DNA from: Chiloscyllium plagiosum
Lineage: Eukaryota
DNA: 64,000 bases
Reading direction: 5' to 3'
NCBI RefSeq assembly: GCF_004010195.1
Contig: NC_057711.1
Span: 77,198,795 to 77,262,794, forward strand
Below the pieces are notes generated by a model. That model saw only the letters and a list, made by a program, of their open reading frames with translations. It made no database searches and was not told where the DNA came from. Position numbers and translations under genes: made by a program. This document shows, piece after piece, positions 47,180 through 60,877 of this stretch (its first letter is position 1; each line of letters opens with the position of its first letter).

Positions 47180-49320
47180 AGGCAGATCTGTAGATCATTA
47201 CTGAATGTTATTCAGTGAAAATAAACAGCTGAGGAGTAGAGAGCCAACAGTGAGTTAGGAGATGTTGGCAAGAAATCCAGCAGAACTATATAATGCACTA
47301 AATATCAGTGTACACCTACAAATCCAATATATCAGAAGGGAGTACTGTGAATGAAACTTGAGGACCAAGAGCAATGAAATTCAAACAGCTAGAAAATGCA
47401 ATATTAATGCACTAGACAGTACTGTACTTTCATGGATTATCAATCTCATGATTTTAGGAAAATTTATTCTCAAAGGAATAGTGTTATGATCTCCAGGAGA
47501 CCCATAACTTCGAGAGAAATTCAAACTTCCAGTTCACCGTGAAAGAAAAACATGTCAAAACGTCATGCTTTAAAACTGTTACCAGATCAAGTGATTAACA
47601 ATACAACTGATAATATTATTTTCTTTCATTGGTAACTTACATTTTAAATTATTGTATAAAGGATCTATTTTAACTTGTCATACATGGCATTCTCCACAGA
47701 ATAACCATTTTTAATGCAAGCAGTTGGAATACTGAATTCTTAAAGACACGAAAGAGAAAGCTAATTTCTAACATCAGCCTTTAGAAGCAGAGGAAGTAAA
47801 CTGCTTAACCACTGCTGATGACAGAGGGGAACATCGTAAAGATGCTCCCAGCTTCCAATTTTTAAAATTTTTCTGTAAAACTTGTCAGTTTGGTAAATTG
47901 CAAACCCAAAACTCTTTCACTGCAAAAGATTATACTGTAGGCTTCTGCCTCCAGCCACAAGCCAGATAGGTATTGTAGTATCTTTATTACATTTTTTTCA
48001 GTTTAAGGTGCAGGACAAGATGGTTCTTTCTCTTGCTCCTCACTTCTCCATTGGCTGCAGACATTAAAAGATAAAACTGAAACTTTTGCCTATTGGATCT
48101 AAATCAGAAAATCATAACCAAAACTTAAAATGGCATCCTCAACCCTCTTTACCATGGCACTGACAAATTAATTAACTTTGTATGCAGGTAAAAATATTAA
48201 TTAATTTGTCCTGGTTTCTATTTTCCTTTAAATCTTGTAAGTAAAGGAATTGTTGACACCACAATTGTTTACAACATTCAAAACATCTTTTTGGGACTTT
48301 GAGACTGAGGCCTAAAATATTGTGAAGACTGAGAGCCCTTCAATCATTATCAAAATATGTCAAGGTCAAATCCAGAAATCTCACCCCTGAAATTCAAAAC
48401 AACCACTCTGATAGGGAATATTTGAGGGGGGAGGTCAATGCGCATTTTCAGGGGACATCCAACATACAATTTGCACATTTTAGATCTGGCAAGGTGGCTT
48501 TGGACAGATGAGGCGCTCTTTTAAAAGTTAAATAACCCTCTCGGATTATGGTCCTTCAACATCTTTCAGATAGGTCGAGTGCACTTTGGTAAGGGCAGAA
48601 CGGAAACTGCTTGATGTGTTGCAGCAAAGTGCATGTTCAAAGGCAATTGTACTGCAGGAACTTTGATTTAGTTTATTTATTGTCATGTGTATTTTGTTAC
48701 AAAATACAGTGAAAAATGTTGCATAGCGTCACAACTCTCCAGCACCATTTTAAGATGCTGAAAAGTGAATCAAAACACAGAATATAAAGGTAAATAAAAG
48801 AAAGAAATAAAGAAAGAGTGCTCAACTTTAAAGTCCTTCTTGTTAAGTGCTCCACTGTGAGCCATGAGCCTGGTAGCCAGCCACACGTCCCCTTCACTGT
48901 ATCACCACGGCTGGAACAAACGTCGCCACTCTTCAACGCCATCTCGCCTCTACTGATGCCCTCATCACTATGAACCTGTGCTGGAGCTCGCCAATGTAAT
49001 GCTAGCAAGCATTGCAATGGCCCAAACTCCGAACTGCCACCACCATGAATCTGCTTTGGGCTCACCTCGCTGATATGGTTGCTGCCGATGCTGTTTGAGA
49101 GGCAGATCTGTGGATTATTGCTGAATGTTATTAAGTGAAAATAAAGAACTGAGGAGGAGTGGAGAACTAACAGTGAGCTAAGTGTTGTTGGCAAGAGGTC
49201 CAGCAGAGCTACATAATGCACCAGATGTCAATGTATACCCACAAATCCAATACATCAGAAGGAAGTATTGGAATTGAAACTTGAGGACAAAAAGCAGTGA
49301 AGTTCAAGCAGCAAGGTGGT
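47180..49320 (+). repeat. Diverged direct repeat of about 220 bp (47180-47390 and 49100-49320)
   Basis: Both begin ggcagatctgt.gat.att and share ctgaatgttatt.agtgaaaataaa, acaaatccaata.atcagaagg, tgaaacttgaggac. Confidence 0.85.
48665..49090 (-). mobile_element. 3' part of the non-autonomous element family seen at 17145-17823
   Basis: tttattgtcatgtgtattttgttacaaaatacagtgaaaaatg at the left, followed by an A-rich then GC-rich core. Confidence 0.55.
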
Positions 49321-49689
49321 GAAAAGTTAAATCTACAACATCAAGAAGCTAGTTCAACGTTCAGCTGCACGAAGTTAAGGAACAAGTTCAGAAGCATCAA
49401 TAGTACATTGAGAATGTCAGTCCAACACAGTCAAATAATGGTGCCCAAGACTTCTGAAATAAAATGAAATAAATGGATGCGAAACAAGCAAAAAGCATCG
49501 AAGCAGAGATTACTCACCAGCACAAGATGTAAAAATGTCTCGCAAGATGAGAATCAAAAATAACAAAATGAGGAAAAAGGCTGATGGGTCAACAGTTGAA
49601 AATATAGAATAGAGTGAGACAGAAGCATTGAGGAAGGGATCAGATACAACGCTATAAGCAAAAATAAAAGAAACTGAAGAATATCTGAA

Positions 49690-50042
49690 ATCACAGAATC
49701 CCTACAGCTCAGGGACGGACCTTTTGGCCCAACAGGTCCACACCGACCCTCCGAAGAGCTACCCATCCAGACCCATTTCCCTACCCTATTACTCTACATT
49801 TACCCTGACTCATGCTCCTAACCTACACATCTCTGAACACTGTGGGCAACTTAGCATTGCCAATTCACCTAACCTGCACATCTTTGGACTGTGGGAGGAA
49901 ACCTAAGCACCTGGAGGAAACCTACGCAGACACAGGGAGAATGTACAAACTCCACACAGACAGTTTCCCAAGGCTGGAATTGAACCCAGGTCCTCGTTGC
50001 TATGAGGCAGCAGTGCTAACCAGTGAGCCACCATGCTGCCCT
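49690..50042 (-). mobile_element. HE1-like V-SINE, full length
   Basis: acagaatccctacag tail; tttggactgtgggaggaaacc; head gaggcagcagtgctaaccagtgagccaccatgctgcc. Confidence 0.92.
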
Positions 50043-50759
50043 GTGAAGTCAAAGATCAACAGAATTTAAGGATTTTTCAAGGTGCCACAATCACCCAATT
50101 TTTGATCAAATCAATGAATAATCAAGCAGTACTTTTTTATCATCTAACCTTCCCAGCAGGACAATATGGTATAAAAGCACATTCCCAGTAAAGGGTCACC
50201 ATGTGAGTTCTGGCCACCTGCAAAAGAGCTCTACGTGCCTCAGCAGGCAGACTGTTGACAGAAGGCTCCAGGAAATTTGCTTTCAGCACAAACACAATTC
50301 ACTAAAAGCACATTTACTTGATATTTTCTAGCATAACAGCAGAATAATGGCCTACAGCAAGGAGTAAATTCACACATATTGCATAACAAGGCCATTTCCT
50401 TCCTGAGTTTGAAGAGCCATTATGCACTTAGTGGACACTCTTACCACGTGCAAATGCATAATCATTTGGGTTTTAAGATAAGGATATGTAATCTTGTTAA
50501 AACAGAACACTTGTTCTTGGCTACACACCATATGCTGACTACTCATTTTGTTGTGAATATCCAATTTCATTACAAATATGCTTTAGTAGTGTAATTTTTA
50601 AATTAGAAATTGAATTTAAGAACAGATAAATCCAAACAATTGGCTGAGGAACTGAAAAATAGACCTGAGGTAATTACTGTTCAATAGATGACCTGTAAAG
50701 ATTGAGTTGGACATGGGAAAACAAACAATAGATGAAGCATTGTTGAGCTTTTGGTAAGG

Positions 50760-51005
50760 AGCGGCAGTATACAGTTAATTCAGTGTGGATTTCAATTATT
50801 CACATACTCCCCAGATTTACCAAGGGTGGTTTGTGATGCAGAGTGACACCAACAGGATGGTCTCATTTCCCATATCAGCTGAGGTCACCATGAAGGTCTT
50901 GTCTTCTCAACTTCACCCCTCACCTGTGGTGATTCAGGTTAAACTACCACCAGTTAGCTCTCTCAGAGAGCTGCCTTATAGTTCTCTGGGACTATGGAGA
51001 TGTTA
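50760..51005 (+). mobile_element. tRNA-derived SINE, same family as 18290-18480
   Basis: tggtttgtgatgcagagtgacaccaacag...gctgaggtcaccatgaagg...caggttaaactaccaccag. Confidence 0.5.
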
Positions 51006-51490
51006 ATTTTACCAGGTATACTAATTAAAAGAGCAATAATACTGAAGAGCCATACCCATTGTTGTATAAAGTGATGTTTCTGAAGGGGTTGACATTCATT
51101 TACTTGAACTCTACCCATTCTACAGATATCAGAAAGTCACTGTAGAGACAAGAAATTCTGCTTTGACCTTTGGAAGTAATGTACAGATATCAGTTACCTA
51201 AATTATACCTGGCCAAATGTGGCTATAATCCCTATTGTTATATAAGAACAGCATCTCTCTGTTGATGCATCCTATATCACTTTTCACTGGAAAAAGCCCA
51301 AGACAAAGCAAAAACAAATGAGGATTGGTAGAAATAAGATACCTCAAACAACCCTCACACAGGTAAAGATGGCAAATGTTATGCGATGCCTGATAACAAC
51401 CATTGTTGGCTTGTGGTTGTCCTTGGGTATTGACAGCCAAAGGGGGTGTTCAGTACTTTGTGGTGGAAGATAGACATTAATTAGTCTCAG

Positions 51491-51715
51491 TCAAAAAAGG
51501 GTGGCACTGGAAATGCACAGCAGATCAGGCAGCATTCAAGGAGCAGGAGAGTCGATGTTTTAGGCATAAACCCTTCCTCAGGAATGAATGATGAAGGGCT
51601 TATGCCCAAGACATCAACTTTCCTGCTCCTCAGATGCTGCCTGATCTGCTATGCTTTTCCAGCACTACTCTTTTCAACTTTGATCTCTAGCATCTGCAGT
51701 CCTCACTTTCTCCTC
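51491..51715. mobile_element. Palindromic Penelope-terminus element with two back-to-back decayed hammerheads and 16-bp target-site duplication
   Basis: cattaattagtctcag (51475-51490) and catgaattagactcag (51716-51731). Centre taggcataaacccttcctcaggaat / atgatgaagggcttatgcccaag. Confidence 0.88.
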
Positions 51716-51779
51716 CATGAATTAGACTCAGCAGAAAAGGTCACTGGCCTTTGATAACTAGATGTGGTTTAAGACCATA

Positions 51780-52880
51780 AGATGTAGAGAAGTCAGACAT
51801 TCAATCCAGTGAGTTAGCTCCAATCAGGTGATTGATCTGATCGTTCTCAACTCCACTTTCATGCCTGTTCCCCATAAACTTGGATTCCCTTACTGATTAA
51901 AGATTGGCCTCAGAATTTAATATACCTAATGAACCAGCCTCAACAGCCCTCTGCATTAAAGAATTCCACAGATTAACTACACTCTAAATGAAGAAATATA
52001 CTACACTGTACTCAGAGATTATGCCTTCTGATCCTAAATTCGCCCACAAGCAGAAACCATTGATTATGAGGTTAGCCAGCTGGACCTCAGAATGAGTTCC
52101 ATGATTGGACCAGACGAACAAGATTAATGGCCCCAGAGAGCAGTAGTCGACATATAAAAAGGATGAGTGTCAGAGACACTGACTGTCTAGCACCTGACTC
52201 AATGAAGCAGTACAAGAGACAAGGACTGTTCATGTGTAAATACAGGGTGACTTGGTGATGGGACAACATTGGCACATTGCTCGGCACAACATCATGGGGC
52301 AAAAGGCCCATTCTGTGCTGTACTTTTCTATGTTCTATGAATACTGATCTCTGGAGTTATTTTACCACCTTTCTGCACGGATCCTGCTGAGTCCCTTTAA
52401 AATCTTAAACTTTTCAATAGGGTCACCTCTCATTAGCATAACACATTTTTCCACAATATATTCCATCTGCCAATTTTTTTGTAAATCCACTCACTTAACG
52501 TTTCTACATCCCTCTGCAGACTGTCAGCCTCACCACGTACCTTCCTAACTATTTTTATGTTCTCTGGAAACCTGACTACAATATATGCTCTATCCTTATT
52601 CAAGTCATTAATTATATTGTAGGTAATTGTGGTCCCAGCACTGATCTGTGACACACCGTAAGTTACAGGCTGCTATCCAGAAAACTATTAGTTAGCCAAT
52701 ATTCAATTATACCAATATACTACATCCAACAAGATGGGCTGTTATCTCGTTAATTAACTTAACATGCAGTACTTATCAAACATCCTCTGAAAATCCTAAT
52801 CCATTGATTCAAGAAGCCTTTATCCATATTTCTTATTAAATCCACAAAAGAATTTTAGTAAATTTATCAGGCATATTTAT
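51780..52880 (-). mobile_element. Decayed CR1 fragments with a probable short LTR-like insert (about 52060-52270)
   Basis: aaagaattccacagatt; ggtcccagcactgatc (GSVLG reverse); ttccatctgcca (WQME reverse). Confidence 0.65.
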
Positions 52881-53539
52881 TACAGTAACTATATGCAGGC
52901 TACATTACTTCCTAGGCATATCAACTATTACCAGCAAGCAGAAAAGACACATCCATCTCTATCAGGAAGTGTGCCAGGTTCCAACTGCTTCTCTACCCAG
53001 AGGCTCTGTGACCTCATTAAATTGGGTGGATCTAAGTATTGCTCAAACTTAACACTTTCAGAATCTTTACCTTATATAACAAAGTACCACAAGGTACAAG
53101 GAGTGGTCATCTGCAAAAACAACACAGCCTCATCTTACTGTTGCCTTAATTGTCTGGTTTTGTTTTAAGTACTTGGAAAAATAGGGCTGCCCTGGACTTT
53201 GCTTGCTACTATCTTTTTCATATCCTTCCTTGGCTTTCCTCATTTCATTTTGCTAAATCAATCTCTCAGCATTGATTTTTTTTTGTTTTTTTTTTTGCCT
53301 TATCCTACTTTGACATTCACAAGTTCTAGATTTAGGAATACCAGACATTTTCTTTGTTCTGAATCCCCTATATCAAAAAAAGCTTAATGGGCATTCCTAT
53401 GAAAATCCTTAGGGCATTGACAGGCCTTATAGGAAACCTATCCCATCATCAAATATAGAGGAGGCTGACACCAACCTTCCAATTTGGCATTTTGCACAGC
53501 AAACCATCCATTCTAATATGAAGACAGTGTAAATGATAT

Positions 53540-55430
53540 TTTTATTTCATTTTAACATGGGATCTCAGTGTTCTGACAAACATTTATTTCCCATCCCAAA
53601 GTGCCATTGACAAAGATGATCCTGAGCCTGTTTTTTGAACCAGTGCAATCCAAATGATGTATTGGTCCTTTCTGTTGTTAGGGAGTGATTTCCAGTTCTA
53701 TTTAAACTGTGAAGGAGGAGGAATAGACATCTACTTCCAAGTTTGGGTAGCCAGACTTTGGGAAGAACATGTAGGCAGTAGTATTGTGTCTACTGCCCAT
53801 ATATCTCCTGGGCCAAAAGTCTGCTACCTAAAGTTCTGGAGCCACATGTAACTCATTAAGCAATCATGAGGCACCCAGTCTTGATCAATCAAGCAAATCA
53901 TGATGGTAATTGAAAGCCTGGTTTTATTTTCTCAACCTTACAAACATTATCACAAGTGCAAATTGCTCATGAAGTCTTTACAACGTTTTTGAAATGTATT
54001 TATTTTGTATTTGATTTTTGTAAGCATTTGAGAAACAGCTCTTTTTGTTGTTAAGGCTACCAACTCCTGGCAAAGGTCACCTATTTTGGTCACCGAACAT
54101 CTCAAAAGAGCCTCACAATCAAAACCTTTGAGGCCTGCCTCTATGTAAAATACAGTTACAACTTTGAACACCTAGTCAGGTGATTGGAGCTTTTCTTGTT
54201 GGAAACTATCATTGTTTGACAATGACATGGCTCGTATGTTACATTTCACTTATTGGTCCAAGCTTAAATGCTGTTCAATTCTTGTTGCATACAGGCATAT
54301 ATTTCATCATTATCTATGGAACTGCAAGTAGAATGGAGCACTGAGTGATCAGTGAACATGCCAACTTCTGAAATTATGAAGGGAACTATTAAAGCATGTT
54401 GCCCTTTGAAACATCTGCAACAATGTCCTGGAGCTAAGCTGATCGTATTCCTACAACCATAAATCTTCCTTTGTGCAAGGAATTACTTCACTAAGTGGCA
54501 GGTTTAGCCATGATTTTCATTACCGTCTTTTTTTTAGATTACTTGATTGCCACACCTAGTCAATTGATGTCTTCATTTTTAGCACAGTGGCTTGCATTCC
54601 CTTAGGAATTTAGTTCTTTGGTCCATTTTGGGTCCAAAATTGCACTAAGGTCAGAAACCAAGTAGTCCTGGTAGAACCTGAACTGAGCATATTAACAAGC
54701 CAGTTCCACTCAAAAGCACTATTAACAGCAACTTCTAATACTTTTCTGATTGGGCAGTAATTGGCAAACTAGGTTTTTCCTCCTGCTTTTGTGCACAGGA
54801 TAGAGCCAGGCAATTTCCCATAATAAACTGCGTAGATATCAGCATCATTGTAGAACAGAAGAACTTGCCTTGGGGTGCAGCTAGTTTTGAAGCACAATTC
54901 TTCAGTGTACAGCCAAGATAATATGATAGCCCTTGTTAATATTCAGTACCTTTGACCATTCCTTGATTTCATGTTGGGCAAATGGAATTAGGTGATGGCT
55001 AACATCTGATGTTGGAGACCTAAATACAAGACATTGATCATGCACTAAATACATTTGGCTGAGTGCTGCAAATATTTCAGTTTTGTCTTTTGCACTGACA
55101 GGCTAGTCTCCACAAACAGGGAATGGGGATATTTGTGCAGTCTCTTACTCTCATTACATTGTCTGCCAACATTGATAATTGGGAGTGACAGGTCTGCAGA
55201 GCTTTGGTGGGATCTATTGGTTATAGGCGCCTTTAACTTTCAACAGAATTCTACTTCCACAGCTGAACATGCATTCTCTGTGCCGAGATGTCACCAGGTT
55301 GGCATTTCATTTTCAGGTGTGCCGAGCACTGCTCCAGCATGTTTCACACTACCACCTAGCTTGGCTCAATGAAGAAAGTTCACGTGTATGATATCAGGCC
55401 ATGGGTTTACAAATTGAGCATCAATAGGCC
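53540..55430 (-). mobile_element. Old L2-like LINE, interrupted
   Basis: Tail catttatttcccatcccaaagtgccattgac as at 32835. 54175-54500 parallels 34190-34500. Confidence 0.6.
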
Positions 55431-55494
55431 ATTCAAGCCATCGAGCTTGCTCCACCTTTCAATAAGAACATACCTCATCAAATTAAGTATTTGT

Positions 55495-55806
55495 GGGCGG
55501 CATGGTGGCACAGTGGTTAGCACTGCTGCCTCACAGTGCTAGAGACCCGGGTTCAATTCCCGCCTCAGGCGACTGACTGTATGGAGTTTGCACGTTCTCC
55601 CCGTGTCTGCGTGGGTTTCCTCCAGGTGCTCCAGTTTCCCCCCACAGTCCAAAGATGTGCAGGTCAGGTGAATTGGCCATGCTAAATTGCACGTAGTGTT
55701 AGGTAGGGGGTAAATGTAGGGGTATGGGTGGGTTGCGCTTCGGCGGGGCGGTTTGGACTTGTTGGACCGACGGGCCTGTTTCCACACTAAGTAATCTAAT
55801 CTAAAT
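55495..55806 (+). mobile_element. Full-length HE1/V-SINE
   Basis: gggcggcatggtggcacagtggttagcactgctgcctcacag...gggttcaattccc; V-domain; tail taatctaatcta. Confidence 0.95.
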
Positions 55807-56704
55807 TGGAGCCTCCAATCCATATTCCTGTCTTTCATCCCCTCGCTTAACAACAATATATCCACCTCTATCTTAAAAATATTCAAAGACTCTGCTTCAC
55901 CACATTTTCAGGCAATGGCCCAAACTCAAAAGCTTTACTTGTTTTAAATAGATGACACTTTTTTTTTAAACAACCAATACTAACAAGGATTGTTGCATCT
56001 GAGCTGGGTAGATTGTACTAGGATCCCAGCTGATGTTGTTACCGGACACATCAAATCCTGGACTGAAATTTGGTTTGATAGCTTATATTTTGTTAACTTT
56101 GTGGTTTTAACAAAGTGAAACACAAACACACAATTCTACAGATTCAAATTTTATAATAATACATAAGTTTATTACATAAAATAGATATAGGATAAATGAA
56201 ATGATTTACATTTAACAAAAATGTAAAGATTTCTAAACACATGGTAAAATACAATCCAATTAATCCTAACAGCACTCTTTACTGTATTCATACTAGTAAG
56301 GATGCCCTCTTTCTTATCAATACAGTTTAAATAACAGTACCTTCAGTTCATCAATTTGAGGATCTGATAGCTTCCTCCTGAAGACTTCATGCAACTGAGG
56401 CTAGACTTTATGAACTTCATTTAGATATTTCAGGGTTGTAACTAAACCTTTCTGGTCTGGAACTTATAAATTAAAGTCCTTACTCCTGAGGTAACTTGTA
56501 TCTTACCAGTCCTAAATCACCTTGCTTTCTCGGGGGTAATTGTATTACATATCCAGTTTTAACCAAGACTTCTGCATAAGCGCAAACTGAAACTAAAGAG
56601 CTTTTTTTTCTAGCCTATGTGTATTTAGCCCAAGACTCCAAAAAATTCTAAAATCTTCTATGCAAAAGCCTAATGTACTATACTGTTCATTCTATTAAGT
56701 TAAC

Positions 56705-58530
56705 AATCACACAACACCAATTTATAGTCCAACAGGTTTACATGGAAGCACTAGCTTTCAGAGTGCTGCTCCTTCATCAGGTGGTTGTGGAGTATAAGAT
56801 CGTAAGGCACAGAATTTATAGCAAAAGTGTATAGTATGATGCAACTGAAATTATATTGAAAAAGACCTGGATTGTTTGTTAAGTCTATCATCTTTTAGAA
56901 TGACCATTTTGGTTTCAGTTATTTCATATGTAAATCCCAGAACTTTTTTTTAAAAAGTTACATTCTCAAGTGAACTTTAACAATAGGTGCCATATCAGCT
57001 CAGATAACGCATTGAAGGTGCGAGGTTAAAGACGGTCTATGCCTTAACATTCAGACTGATTCTAATCTAAAAACAAGGATTTACAGAATCTGACATGGAT
57101 TCATGCAGTTTTTGAGCAAAATAAAATGTAATTCTACAAGTAGAGAGAGAGAGAGCGAGAGGGCGAGAGAGAGAGCTGGGGTGGGGGGGGGGGTGAGAGT
57201 GTGTGTGTATGTGTATGCGTGTGAGCGTAAATGGGTACAAGTCTGCGAGAGGGTGTGTGTGGGACTGAGTGTGGAGGGTATGTGTGATCACATGAGACAG
57301 CTTGCGTATGAGAGAGGGTTTGCACGAGTATGGGTCTGCAGAAGTGTATGTGCGCGCATGCGCACACTTGTGTGCTTGTGTGTGACAGACTCTAGTGCAA
57401 TGGGATCACCTATGGTGTAACATGACCCAAGGTCCCAGTTGAGGCCATCCCCATGGGTACCAAACTTGGCTATCCACCTCTGCTCAGCCACTCTGCGTTG
57501 TTGCCTGTCCCGAAATCCACCTTGGAGGATGGTCACCCAGGGGTCCATTGCCAAATGTCCTGGACTGCTTAAGTGTTCCCCGACTGGGAGGGAACACTCC
57601 TGGCTGGCGATTGTTGTGCAGTATCCATTCATCCATTGCTGTAACCTGTGCTCGGTCTTGCCAATGTACCATGCCTCAGGGCATCCTTGCCTGCAGCGTA
57701 TGAGTTAGACAACGATGGCCAAGTCACTTGAGTACCTGCCACGTACATGGTGGATGGTGTCCCCACGTGTAATGGTGGTACCTGACACTCTGACACATCT
57801 TGCAGCTTCTGCCGTGACAGGGTCGTATGGTGCTGCCCTGAAAGCTGCGAGCAATGACCTCCTTGGGGTTTGGTGGTTGTTTAAAGGTGAGAAGTGGCGG
57901 CATGGGGAAGGTCTTGCAAGGTGCTTGTCCTCACTGATACTGTGTTGCAGACTGCAAACAACATGGTGTAGTGTTTCAGCTCCTGGGAAGTACTGGACAA
58001 CAAAGGGTACCCTGTTGGTTGCAGCTCGTGTCTGTGTCCTGAGGTCATTATAGTTTCTCGGTGTTTAACATCGGAACTGGTGATTGACGAGTTGAGTATC
58101 CTATCCTATTCTATTCTTGAGGTATTTCCAAGTGCCCGTCATGTTCTTCCTCATCTGAGCAGATTTTGAGCATGCATGGGGCTTGTCCGTAGAGGATAGC
58201 TGTTTTAATATGTTTCAGGTGGAAGCTGGAAGAGTGCAGTATCATGAGGTTATCCGTAGGTTTGTGGTAGAGAGAGGTGGAGAGGTTCCCATCCTTGATG
58301 GAGATGCATGTGTCCAAGAATGAGACAGATACTAAAGAGTAGTCCATGGTGAATTTGATGGCGGGATGAAAGTCACTGGTATCACTGTGTGGTTGTTTAA
58401 GTGACTCCTCCCCACGGGTTCAGAGGAAGAAAATGTTGTCAATATACCTGGTGTATAGTGTTGGTTGGAGGTCCTGGGTAGAGAAGTCTTGTTCAAACCG
58501 GTGCATGAAAATGTTGGCATATTGGGGACC
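56705..58530 (-). mobile_element. Penelope-like element: RT C-terminus, GIY-YIG, microsatellite-containing 3' UTR and hammerhead terminus
   Basis: PQYANIFMHRFEQDF, YTRYIDNIFF, SVSFLDTCISIKDGNLSTSLYHKPTD, VV*LIRCRQGCPEAWYIGKT, PVGEHLSSPGH...AEQRWIAKFGTHGDGLN. (GA)n/(GT)n at about 57140-57385. Confidence 0.93.
56749..56783 (-). ncRNA. Minimal type I hammerhead ribozyme motif
   Basis: Minus strand CAC-CTGATGA-A-GGAGC-AGC-ACTCT-GAAA-GC-TA/GTG: stem I CAC/GTG, stem II with one G-U pair and one mismatch, AGCT palindrome. Confidence 0.75.
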
Positions 58531-60877
58531 AAGTTCATTTTATTCAAATTCTTCCAACACAAATAAATTAACATTCGTCTCTAAAAACAGTTTTTGTTTT
58601 AAAAACTTCACCACGATTGAACAAAAACTTAAAACTTACTGACTTAAGTCCCTTTAGATAAAGTCCACATGCCATTAATTCAAAATCTTAAAATTCCAAA
58701 ATAAATTATATTAAAATCTGTACAAATCTCACATAATATTACAATGGGCAATGACAATTTAAAGTAGGTTCTTTCACTTTCTACCTGCTTCAGGCCAAAA
58801 GTAATAGACATGTCCTCAGGACTCAGCCAGTAAGTCCTACCAAACTATCCTTTGTGGCAGATTTTAAAATCTCTCACCCAGAACACATAGTACTCTCAGT
58901 GTTTCTTCCAAGTGATATTCAATATCGAGGAACAATGACTCATTAGCTGAGGAAACGCATTAGATAATAATTATTATCAGAGGGATTCCTAGCCCACAAC
59001 TGACCCAATGCCTTGGCTTCATGAGTCTATCAATTTAAGGGCCTCTGTGGCAACTCATTCCCAACTCAAAAAATATTGAGATAGTTGACTATATCACAAA
59101 TCAGATGCCTCTGTTCAGCCGGGAGGAAAAACACCATATTCCAGAATTGTGACAGAACAGCATGGGCTATAATGTATGATTCTATTATAGGAATCCAATT
59201 TACCTGACTTCTAAACACTATGTAATTAGGGTTTAGGTACAATTAAACAGATCTAAACTTTAGGCATATAACATTACTAATTAAACCACTGATTCCTTTC
59301 TAAAGCCTCCCTTAACACATACTAATAGTAAAAAGATGAATGACAGAGGTAGAGAAAACTGCAAAGTCAGTTCAGTGGCCTTTTCTGCCCACTTCGGTGA
59401 GTCAGGCCCTTGATGTTCATTCATCTTTCTCTGAGGTCTCTACTCATTTCTATGGAGTATAAAATGACTCATTCACTTGAGAAATGACTGATTTATAAAA
59501 GTTACAGCAAATGCTGCAGGAAAGGCAAGTGATTTCCGTCAAGTTTAAACAAAGTCTTTCACTGCAGAGAACAGGCTGCATCTTGGGAAAACAACTGCAC
59601 ATTTGTGTCCTTCCATTTCTGTATGTGTGTCTTTGTAAACTGGTTTCCAATTCCAACCTGATCTATCAGCTTTACTTGTAAACAAATTTATGGCTCCCAA
59701 TTGTTATATTGCAAGAACCTATAAGCAAACAAAGTTCACATTAGACATTGAATTTTTTGCTATCAAAATATGTAGCCATCCTGATAGATCCTTTCTCACT
59801 ACTGTCCATGGTTTTTAAAAGTTCAAAAATATATAGTTCTTACTGGATGCATAACAGACTTTTACAAGATGGCATGCAACAGATGCCAGTGAATGCCAGG
59901 ATATCTGATTGGCAAGTTGTTCCAAGAATGTGTGTGGTAAGATGAGGCCGGAATTGAACGAGAGAACTGTCATGAGAATGGGATAGGTATTAATGAGGGA
60001 AGTTGGTAAGAAGTAGTGAGAATACTCATTGTCCCTTGCTACGGATATCTGGGAAAGAACTGAACACACTACAACTTGCTCCCAGCTCCAAGCTATTCCA
60101 TTACTGAAGAACAAAGCACAGTACTCTAGTTGGCAAGCAAGGTTTATGCCACTGATAACTGGTCACAGACCAATGAATTTCTTGTTGCCAGCAAAAGACT
60201 ACATCTCTCAGCTCCTAATTGCCTATAATTCGAACTACAATTAATGCTTGTTCAAACAGTTGTTTCAAAGATGCCTGACATGTATCAAATTTCTTGCTTT
60301 CAAAGCATACAGCCACCATTTCAAACTCAGGCTCTTATAATTCAATACACAGTTTCTTGTAAAACAAAACAAAATGGCCCTTACAATTTAGGTAGTTGAT
60401 TTCAAAGATTTTAATTGCAAAAATATATTTCACTAATTTGGAAACTAATTAAGTAATGAAATGTTGAAATGTATTCATCTATATTGAATATGTTCAACTG
60501 AGGGAGTAATTTAAAAACTTCTGAAATAGGGCACAATTTGCTTTCTTCATAGGTTCAAGTTTAGAAGAACAAACAGATAAAAGCATTTCTAAAGAATAAA
60601 TATTCCTTAAGTAGAGGAAATGTGAACAAAATAAATAATACAAATCAATAACTTCTGAAAGCCAGCAATAAAGCTGCTCCAAAAACTATAAATAATACAA
60701 ACCAAGCTCTTTCCTTTACTCTGCGCATTTACTTCTGTTCTTTAGGGAGCCAATTAAATGCTCTGAAAATTGGAACCTGGCCATGTAAAGAAGATTGTCA
60801 CTGAATGTATAAAGCAAGCACTGCAAAGCTGTCCCCTTTAGATGAACCTGACCTTTCGTGAGCCAACTTGTTTAAAT

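Noticed and set aside
49505..49560. Donor-like CTG|gtgagt on the minus strand as exon 1
   Set aside because: No in-frame ATG at the expected distance and no PRUNE-like peptide.
57067..57420. His/Thr- or Val/Cys-rich ORFs
   Set aside because: Translation of the (GA)n/(GT)n-like simple repeat within the Penelope 3' UTR.
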